Positions 53,798 through 64,000 of a stretch of 64,000 bases of DNA are shown here, in pieces. Source of the stretch: Octopus sinensis. Its lineage: Eukaryota. Position 1 is the stretch's first letter. Every line of letters starts with the position of its first letter. The notes under the pieces were generated by a model, which saw only the letters and a program-made list of their open reading frames with translations, was not told the DNA's origin and ran no database searches. The stretch is taken from contig NC_043000.1 in NCBI RefSeq assembly GCF_006345805.1, positions 121,644,001 to 121,708,000 on the forward strand. Direction: 5' to 3'. Both the position numbers and the translations under genes were made by a program.

Positions 53798-54826
53798 AAC
53801 ACACACCAGCACACATGCACATATGCAGACACGCACATATATGCGAAGGCTGTTTGTGTATGTTTGTGTGCGGGAAATCCAGTACTCTTCATTCCTTTGT
53901 CCACGAAAGGATAACATACTAAATCCCTTTTAAAATGAATTAAGATAAATGATGTGCTGTACATTAATCAGAACATCAATCAAAGTCCCCTGGAGGACCA
54001 GACATCAACCCTACAGGGGACACACAAAAGGGCCTTCACTGTTTGGGGACTATTAAGTGTTCGTGATACATGTAATAATGGATTGTAGGTAAGCTACCTT
54101 ATGTTGTAGGTGTTATGCAACCGGTCCTGGTTGACATTCTTTTCGTCTCAGAAGTACAGGCCTTTCTCGGCTTGTTCAGGACCTTCTTTGTCCTCGTCAA
54201 GCGCTTCCCCTTAACATTTGCTTTTATTATTTACCCTTTACACTTATTGTACGGGCAGTAGCGAAGGTCCTCATTTTCACTTATCGTCATAGTGACAACC
54301 CTATCACTTGTCTCTCGCACTTAAGTCCGGGTTCCCTGAGTAAACAACTGTAGAACATCACCTTCTTCAGCAGGGATTAGATGCAGTTTACCGATGCAAT
54401 CAAAAGCCTACTGAGTCCGTTCCAGCCTTCTACGTTCAATTGTAGCTATCTATGTCACGTTTTACCCGCTTTACAGTGTTCACAGTTGAAATGTCGGCAT
54501 TTTCACACCCGTCATTAATCCTCATTACACAGATAACTCATATCCAATATTTAGATGGCTTCCATTCCTCCATCTCAGATAACTAGAGCTTGAGTCAAAA
54601 CTGTCGACGGTTTGCCAATACATCAAGCTGCTCCTTAAGAATGGAGACAAAAATATCATCAGATGTATTCCAAATACCATGTAAATAATTACCAGGAAGA
54701 TTGACCCCATTGCTAAACTTCTCATGTTTAGCCTCATTCTCAGTTAAACATTGAGTTTGGTTTACGTTACGGTACGAAAATGACTCAAGAGTGAACCTCC
54801 TTTATTTAGAGCGCTGTGTCTCCTTA

Positions 54827-54995
54827 GTATGGCTGTGTGGTACGTAGCTTGCTCACTAACAACATGGTTTCGGGTTCAGTCCCACTGCATGGCACCTTGG
54901 GCAAGTGTCTTCTACTGTAGCCTCTGGCCGACCAAAGCCTTGTGAATGGATTTGGTAGAGGGAAACTGAAAGAAAGCTGTCGTATGCATGTATAC

Positions 54996-55031
<36 letters not shown>

Positions 55032-55250
55032 TTGTGTGTGCGTGTGTATATGTTTGTGTGTCTGTGTTTGTGTGTCGCTTGACAACCGATGCTGGTGTGT
55101 TTGTGTCCCCGTCACTTAGTGGTTCGGCAAAAGTCACCGATAGAATAAGTACTAGGCTTACAAAGAATAAGGTCTGGTGTCGATTTGCTCGAATAAAGGC
55201 GGTGATCCAGCATGGCCGTAGTCAAATGCCTGAAACAAATAAAAGAATAA
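54827..55250 (+). mobile_element. SINE family A
   Basis: Full-length copy. Confidence 0.9.
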
Positions 55251-56469
55251 GTAATCATAATTTCTTGTTTCTAATGCCAGAGCAACTGTATGTATTTTTG
55301 AATCTGCACTTTTTCTTTTTATTTCGTTTCAATATTGCCTATTGTAACGAAAGAAGACTTTCACAATATATGTAGAGATCTAATTATAACAATTCAAGGA
55401 AGCTGTGAATACGTTATACGCAGGGTACCTGTTAAGATACGTTCAGTTTCTATTTTGAATTTCATAATCTGGTTATTTCTCTATTCTGATCACCTCATTT
55501 TGATACTTTCCAGTGTAATGTTGGTTTATATTTTATTTATCATCTGTTGATGCTCATCCATTCTCTATTCAATAGGTTATTTTCTCAGTCTCTGTAGCAC
55601 ATTTCTTGGTATCCTTGACAACAAAGCAGTTATTCCTTTTTTATTTCATGTTTTATAGCTCTTTGTATTCAACAATTTATAGTCCTGTATTATTTTTATC
55701 TGATAGGTGAATAAGGTCAATATATCTATATATTCGTATTATATATAATCTTCACATATCAGATATACTGTCGCTGTTTTCTCGTTCTATGTCTGGTTTA
55801 GCTAATTAACTTAACGTTCTGTAGAGAAAAATAAATAAAAATCTATAACGCATACTAGAATTGAAAAAGTATCGATACCTACATTTATCATTTACTTGCT
55901 TGGTTCTTTGTTGCAAGTATTAATCTTAAGCGACCGTAGTATTAATAACCAAAATTGCATTCTAGTCGGGTGTGCTGCACTCTATCTCGTACATAAATTT
56001 CCAATTTATAAATCTGTTTTTGATCAAATCTTATATATTTCGTTTACTAATAAGATATTAATGGAATTATTTTTATAAAAAATGCCACATTTCATGGAGA
56101 ATTGACCGAGTAGAAAAAAATATTTATTTACTAAAATAATTTTGTCTTAAATTCTGGTCGCCAGATATATGTAAATGATTATAGTGAGAATATCTTGGAG
56201 AGTGTGTGGCACATTTCATGAGTGCCTTTGACATTCGATAATCATGGTGAAAAATTCGGTTCTCCATGCGAATTGTCTACAGCGATAATACAAGGAATAA
56301 CTTAAGCAAAAGACATTGTGACATATGTAGCCCAGAGTTAAACTCAGAATGCTTTATTCCGCACACACACATAAACACACACACACACACACACACATAC
56401 ACACTCACAGTCCATTGTGTAAGAATCTTTAAGTTGCTTGCAGCTAGATGGATGCCTATCACTAGTCCG

Positions 56470-56508
<39 letters not shown>

Positions 56509-56510
<2 letters not shown>

Positions 56511-59500
56511 GGGGCGTGCACTCTTAGCTATGCAAGCTATGCGCTGCATGCCTTCTCTGTTTCAAAGAAAATACGTCCAGTTGTTTTAGAAATATTTTGT
56601 CTCCCCTTCCCCTCTCTCAGTGACTCGTACTTCTGCTTTGATAAATGCTTTGCGAAGATCGCATGACACACACTCCCTCTCTGTCTGTATTAGTTTGTCC
56701 TTCCTTCCTCTCTCTCTTAGTGACTTGTTAAAAAGATATGCTGGGAGGAATGGTCACCCCCTTCTCTCTCAGTGATTCGACAAATTCAGTGTGGCGTGTC
56801 ATGCTCTGAGAAGACCGCATGTCATGTCTCTCTGTCTATTTTGACCGGAACAAGAGCAAGCCCATAATTCTTGAGTTAGCCAGCTGAAATGTTGGAATAG
56901 CTTGGCATGTAAGTTTGAATTATTTTATCCAAAACATCCGTTTGCACTATTATATTTTTGGAGTGTTTTGAAAACAAAAATATAATCTATATTATATTTC
57001 TTGTTTCAGAAATAGCTAATTAATCTTAAATTAATTTAACAAAGGGTATTTTTCCGTTTTGTTGAAACGGACTTACAATTTATGCCGGCGCTTCCACGTG
57101 GGTCCTTATATAAGGGCAGCCTTTTTCAAAATGCGTGAAATGTGTGTTATAAACGATATTTTGAGAAATAGTTTTTCGAAAAGAGACTTCGATGGAAAAT
57201 AATTAATTATAAATGGTGGGAGACCAACACCGAATTTACCTAATTTGCGAAGCTACAACAAGAAATTCCTGAGAGAATTTCAGGTTAATTCGTATGAAAA
57301 GAAGAAATGGTTAACTGTTTACTTTTTGGCTTAGAAAAAAATGTTTGGAATGATAAAGGCTATGATGATTTAAATAACTTACATATGGCTATGCTAAAGC
57401 ACGAGCGTTCTCAAAGGCATATAAAACGTTTGATAGACCTTAAAATATTGGGGAATGTTCGCATAGACTTACAATTAGATGCACGTAAAAATCAAAGCAT
57501 ACAACATCATAATGAGAAAGTTCGACGAAACAGATCCATCCTGCAACGATTGATCGATGTTGTTATTTTTTAGGCCTCCAGGAATTATCGTTTCGGGGTC
57601 ATTTTGAATCCGAAGGCTCTAATGATCGTGGAAATTATAAAGAACTCGTTTATTTGATCAGTAAATATGACAAAAAATGGTAAGTCATCTAGATATAGCT
57701 TCTATCTTCACTGGTCTGTCGAACAGAATTCAAAATGACTTGATCGAAGCAATTCATAAAGTTATGTTCAATGAGATGCAGAAGGAAATTGACCAAGCTA
57801 ATTTGTTTCTATTCTTGTTGATGAGACATCTGATGTCTCAGCATCTTCACAACTGTCAACAGTTTTACGTTATGTTACAGAAGACTGTGTGACGAAAGAA
57901 CGATTTATCGGTTCTAGTGATGGTAGTGCAGATCGTTCTGCAAATGCTTTATCTGAACAAGCTTTTAAATGCATTGAGACGTGGGAATGTGGAAACAAAT
58001 TGATTGCACAGACATATGATGGTGCCGCTACAATGGCAGGACAACTAAATGGATTACAGGCAAAAGTAAGAAAGAAATATGAATGTGCGATCTTTATTCA
58101 TTGTTGTGCCCATACCCTAAATTTAGTTCTTTCACAATCATGCTCTGCTATGAAAGAATGCAAGATATTTTTTTTCTACAATAAACGGACTCGGTACATT
58201 TTTTACGAAGTCACCGAAAAGGGCTAATGCATTAGATAACATTGTTAAAAAAAGATTTCCGAAAGCAGCAGCAACTAGATGGAATTACTCCTCACGTCTT
58301 ATTATTACCACAAAGGAAAATTATGATTTCATAATCAGCCTTTTTGAAAACATCATTGAAAATCCTGAAGCATGGGATGATACCACCATAAATTCAGCAA
58401 TTAGATTCTTACACACTTTAAAAGCTCCTGGTTTCTTATTTTTGTTAGAAGTATTCAGTGACATTTTTTTCTTTTACTGGCGTCTTATTTAACATACTCC
58501 AGAGTAAAAGTCATGACATAGTGTATTGTAAAGAGAAAATAGATAAAACTAGAACTGTACTCGAAAAGAAACTTGATAATTTTTCAATCTTTTATGATAG
58601 GTTAGGGGAAAAATATGGAGTCGATGCAGGAATCGGAATTCAGAGATCCAAGAATATATCTATTGATCCCCAACGACATTATAGAATGCTTTATAACAAA
58701 ATTATCAGTACAATAGTTGACCAAATAAAAGCGCGATATTCATCCTTAGAAGAGTTTAAATTCATGGAACTTTTGAATTTCAACAAAGTTGATGAGTATT
58801 GCAAACAATTTCCTGTGGACTCTTTAGATTCTTTAAGAACAACTTATGGCAGATTTTTTGATGTAATACGATTACAAAGTGAGATCATGTGATGTATTCA
58901 AGGAAAGATTTTAAAAAACCAAGTGTAAGTCATTTAATGAGTTACGTTAACAGCACTAATCTTGTTGAAGCTATGCCAGAACTCTTCAATCTGTGCATGT
59001 TGATTTTGACAATTCCGTCTACCACTGCTTCTGTAGAGCGGTCTTTTTCTGCATTAAGTAGAATTAAAACATACCAAAGAAATGCGACAGGAGAAAGAAA
59101 ACTGTCTGGGTTAGCACTAATGTCAATTGAAAAATTTTATTACAAGAATTGATAAAAAGAGAAGATTTCTATGAAAATGTGATAGATATATTTGCCCAGA
59201 AAGATCGAAGAATTGAATTAACTTATAAATGAGGTAAATAACATTTTAAAACATTAAAAAAATTAATATATTAAAGAGCATATATTACAGGTTTTGCTTA
59301 GTGTTTGTAATAACGAAAGGTTCGACCTTCTTACATCAGTATTGTTTCGCAGGGGAAATGTTCCGATTTCTCCGTCAAACCTAACCTACATAGATTTCCC
59401 TTTCTGTGCTGCTGGGTGTAATCTATTTACGGCCGTAAATAAGTGTCTTGTTTCTCTTTCAATAAGTGTCTTGTTTCAATCTCAGAGATTTTGACTTCTG

Positions 59501-60186
59501 CCACAAAAGTTTTGGGAGGCTTTTTAAAATGTTGAATTTTCGCTGTCTTTCATTGTGTGTGTATTCATGTATATGCGTGTATTTTTAATGTGTATTTTTA
59601 ATGTACGGAGTTCAGTAAGTCTCAGAACAGTCAATAATTTGCCCGGAATTGACAAGTAGCATGATAAAGCACCTGACTTGTCTTCGAGAGCGTAACGATC
59701 TAAAACTATGGCCATATAATGTAACTAAATGTGTTCTTTTAATTAAATTATTTCATTCGGCTCAACCAATAGGCATAGGGGCTAATGCAGAATCTTTGAA
59801 AAACGATTTTTTGTGAAATATTTCTTTCGGATTCCTACATTTAACAGAGATTCTGAATATGCAAAAATATTGACAGAATCCAATTTCATCTTTATTACAT
59901 TTCACTTATGATTTTTAGACTTTTCTAAGGGAGATTGAGGATGGGAAAGTACTGACGTTTCGAAGAGCAAAGAATAATACAAACAATACACTTATTTCAG
60001 GCTCATCTCTACACAGCCATTTTTTTATTCCCTGTTTATTCTTGGTCATACGGGGGTGATTGCATATTCAGAATCTCTTATATGTAAATCGTAGGAATAC
60101 GAAAATGTTTTACTGAAAAAGTGCCGGTGGGGGTGGGGGTGGGGCAATGAAATTCATTGCATGCCGCATGTCACCGCACGCCACTG
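56509..60186 (+). mobile_element. Full-length hAT DNA transposon (3678 bp)
   Basis: TIRs CAGGGGCGTGC / CAGTGGCGTGC (1 mismatch); 8-bp TSD ATATACAT (56501-56508) / ATGTACAT (60187-60194); internal transposase. Confidence 0.9.
57131..59232 (+). pseudogene. hAT transposase (ZMYM1-like / DUF4371 + hAT dimerisation type), disrupted
   Basis: Joined frames give FRGH, DETSD, QTYDGA, HCCAH, TRWNY, TIPSTTASVERSFSAL; one early stop and several frameshifts. Confidence 0.9.
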
Positions 60187-60357
60187 ATGTACATATATAT
60201 GCATATATATATATGTATATATGGTGGGGCGGGCACATGTGTATATATGCACATATATCTAGAGAGAGATAAATATATAGATATGCATAAACATATATGT
60301 TTATGTATCTATATATGTATTAATATATAGAGAAATAGATACATACATCTGATATAT

Positions 60358-60400
<43 letters not shown>

Positions 60401-60683
60401 ATACGTATGTGTCGCTTTGTGTGTGAGTGTGTGCGTGTGTATGTGTGTGAAGAGAATGAATTGTATCCAGTCAGTTGATATTAATTAATTGAAACTAGCC
60501 TAGGAGAAGGAATACATACAATATTAATTCATGCAATATTCTTGATAAACCACAGAAGATAAATGTGCTTCCATCTGGTTAAATATTTATCCTTAACAAC
60601 ATTTTGCGTTTGCTATGGACAACCTTCTTATATATTTCAAATATTAAACGTTTTGAAAGCTCTTATGTATAAACACGTACGCC

Positions 60684-60721
<38 letters not shown>

Positions 60722-60810
60722 AATATATATATATATTAATTTTATTTGTTAGGGAATGAAAATTCCGGTATCACAGGGGTTAATTTATTCTCAATGAGGA
60801 AATATATATT

Positions 60811-60963
60811 TTCATTTAGAGATAGTAGGCCCCTTCATCCCACCATATATAAGAATTTTAATTTAATTTCATTCTTACTACTTATATATCGGCGAGGAAG
60901 TATGAAATTAAATTAAAAATCTTCTATATGGTGGGATGAAGGGGCTTACTATCTCTAAATGAA
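60811..60963. repeat. 66-bp-arm hairpin within a (TA)n-flanked cassette (about 60730-60965)
   Basis: 60811-60876 vs 60898-60963 reverse-complementary with 4 mismatches; 21-nt loop. Confidence 0.9.
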
Positions 60964-60973
60964 TATATATATA

Positions 60974-61032
<59 letters not shown>

Positions 61033-61561
61033 TGTTTGTGTGTGTGTGTAAGTAAAGAAAATTCAATACGTTCGTGTATAACTGAAATATATGAATGCTG
61101 TCATTTTACAATGCAGTTCTTGAATTTAACATTGCTTGTATGAGTTGCGTGCATGTTGTTGTCAGAACGGGGATGAATGTACAAGCTTGTCATTCCAAGA
61201 ATTTCATTATAGTAAAGATTAACCTTAATGATGAACATAAATTAACGTAACTTAAGACAAAATCAGTTTAATTAATCCGCTATATTTATTATTTCGTAAA
61301 TTTTATTTCTTACTACGGATTTATGTCATCAATGCGTAGGTTATGGCTGAGTCGAAGCTAATATAAATCAATTTATTTCCTGAAGTTTTTACTGAAATAG
61401 TTTTTATTCTTCATAACTTCCTTTTCATAATATGTCGTTGCATGTTTTTAATCTTATTTAAGATATGCATTAAAAAGAAGATTAGATGGAAGTAAAAGAA
61501 AAAAGGCACTAGATAAAGCCCAGATTAGTCGAAAGAACTTACAGACATTCAACGAAAAGTA

Positions 61562-62115
61562 TTGGGTTGTCCACAAAGTTCGTGCTGATTTTTAAAGGAA
61601 AGAAATACTTGCCATTACATTTTTAATCAGCCAAATATGAACCATTTTGTTGCACAATGCCTATCCATCTTTCCTTTAACTTGAAAATACCCTCTTCCCA
61701 GAATTGAGGTGGTTTCATGGCAAAGAATTCATCAAGGTATCTTTTTACGTCATCCAAGGAATTGAAATTTTTACCATTAAGAATATTCTGTAGAGATCTG
61801 AATAAGTGGAAATCCGAAGGAGCAATATCTGGTGAATATGGAAAGTAGGGTAACACATCCCAGCCGAGCTGCAGCAATTTTTGTCTGGTTCCCAGAGCAT
61901 CAAGTGCCGAAAATGAACTTTCTTATTTTCCATTTTAAAGGGTTACAAAATTAACACAGGTTATAGGAACATAAACCTTCTTCCCCGAAATGATAGCTTA
62001 AACTGTGCTCTAAATGGAGGTGTAGTCAAATCCTATTTTATAGACTCAATCATGTACTAAAATAAGTCTGAAGCTAAGCTACTATAAATCGGCACGAACT
62101 TTCCGGACAACCCAA
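61562..62115 (-). mobile_element. Internally deleted mariner (DD34D family) with both TIRs
   Basis: 30-bp TIRs TTGGGTTGTCC..AAAGTTCGTGC.GATTT (3 mismatches), TA duplication at 61560-61 and 62116-17; N-terminal MENKKVHFRHLML fused out of frame to C-terminal PYSPDIAPSDFHLFRSL. Confidence 0.92.
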
Positions 62116-62814
62116 TAGTATAACTGACTGGCTACATTCACTACGATTCCATTTTCGGGATATAGATTGATATGTCATAGATTAAGTTGAAAGTGTTGTA
62201 AACAAATACTCTTTGATACTCTCCTTAAAAACTTTTCTCCAACAACCGTACGCCCAACATGTTACTAGGATAGCACCAAGTTGTATTGTCAAACACGTTT
62301 GCTTAAAATGGCAGAGATCGAGATTGAAGCCTATGCGTAGTGAATTGGGATCGAACGTCTTGCTCGTTCAACCATGATGCCTTTATAAATAAACTCATTC
62401 TCAAAATACATCAATTCATTCAATAAGAATAAACTGTTATATTACAGTACATATAAACTTTAAAAAAAAGCATAGAACTACTAATATCCGTGAAGTAGCT
62501 ATAAATGCTTGACTTGATAATCTCCAGGGGAAACATACAAAGTTCAAATATTCAACTGTTTCTCTTCGGACATGTAATACTTAATCTCAGAACTGTTAGA
62601 GACCCTTATCAAAGATCAAATTTGGTATAAGTGGGATTACTTACCAGACATTTGGGATTGTACTGGTGCCGATGATACTTCACAGACAAGCATTTGAATT
62701 GTCGGCGTTTATAGTAATGATTCTGTTATGCACACACGGATTATGTGTTGTTGACGTTGGATTATTGGCCAGGCATCGGAGATATTATTTTGTTGCTATT
62801 AACATTACACTATA

Positions 62815-63045
62815 AGGAGGCGAGCTGGCAGAATAGTTAGGACGTTGGACGAAATGCTTAGCAGTAATTCGATGCCGCTACACTCTGAGTTCAAATTCCG
62901 CCTAGGTCGACTTTGCCGTTCATCCTTTCGGGGTCGATAAATAAAGTACCAGTTTCACACTGGGTTCGAGGTAATCGACTTAATCCCTTTGTATGTTCAT
63001 GTTTGGCCCCTCTGTGCTTAGCCCCTTGTGGGCAATAAAGAAATA
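62815..63045 (+). mobile_element. SINE family B
   Basis: Full-length copy. Confidence 0.9.
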
Positions 63046-63081
63046 TATATATATATTTATAATTATATATAGTATATATAT

Positions 63082-63151
<70 letters not shown>

Positions 63152-63383
63152 TATATAAGTATATATATATATATAATTATATATATATGTAAATATATAT
63201 ATATATATATAACTATATACTATATATATATATATATATTATATATGTGTGTAATTATATATATATATATATGTTATATATAATTATACATATATATATA
63301 TATATATATATAATTATACATATATATTATATAATATATATATATATATAATATATATTTATAATTATATATAGTATATATAT

Positions 63384-63425
<42 letters not shown>

Positions 63426-63653
63426 AATAGTTTTACATGAACTAATTTCATATCTGCAGAAGAAATGAATCAATGATGATGATCAAACAGATACCCACAC
63501 ATACTACGGAGTACACTAATTATCCCAAGAATACGGGCCTTAATCTTAAGAGACATGTGATTTGTGGAAACGCGCGTTGCGATGCATTAAATATTTATAA
63601 ATTCCATCCAAGGATTATCGTTATTTTACAATTTTACATATATCTTTACATAT

Positions 63654-63790
63654 GGCTTCTTTCAGTTTCCGTCAGAAAGCTTCTATTACTGCCCGAGGCT
63701 ATGGTAGAAGACACTTGCCCAAGATGCCACTCAGTGGGTCTGAACTCAGGATTACCTAGTTTTGAAACAAGCCTCTTACCACACTGCAAC
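63654..63790 (-). mobile_element. SINE family A head fragment (old)
   Basis: Diverged head and core segment only. Confidence 0.7.
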
Positions 63791-64000
63791 GTCTGAAAAA
63801 ACATTTAAAGTTTTCTGCTACCATCTGCGCATGCGCGATAATATTTTTATTTAATATCTCAAGAAGCAATGTTTTTTTTTCTCAATTTCAACAATATTTT
63901 AATTTCTCTACTTTCTCCCTGTCTGCCTCTATTATTCGACAATTATCTCCTTGGGTTACTATTATTTCATAAAATTTATTCAGTATTCAATTTCTAAACG

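Noticed and set aside
63824-63838. TGCGCATGCGC NRF1-like palindrome
   Set aside because: Isolated motif near the window end with no supporting promoter context.

Overview
AT-rich, microsatellite-saturated animal DNA. The SINE families resemble those I know from Octopus genomes, so an octopod origin is likely (inference, not checked). I see no intact host gene, rRNA, true tRNA gene or CRISPR array. Most of the supplied ORFs are translations of (TA)n/(TG)n/(CA)n tracts. The window is mainly a transposon graveyard. It holds about 13 copies of a CORE-like tRNA-SINE with an internal microsatellite, three other SINE families, and several decayed R4/Dong-type (restriction-like endonuclease) LINE fragments. 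It also has a CR1-type 3' end, three non-autonomous Helitrons, a full-length but broken hAT element (56509-60186), a Tc1 remnant, an internally deleted mariner, a TIR MITE and three long fold-back hairpins. The most interesting signal is a tRNA-headed short element whose tail carries a Penelope-type minimal hammerhead ribozyme motif and which occurs twice as a head-to-head inverted dimer (14129-14793, 34678-35102). No single copy keeps the full catalytic core, and precedents exist in other animals, so novelty is unproven. An RFX X-box (42334-42347) with nearby splice sites suggests the 5' end of a minus-strand host gene at low confidence. Some structure, notably an 881-bp tandem duplicate, may be an assembly artefact. 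Repeat boundaries are approximate unless TIR/TSD-defined.
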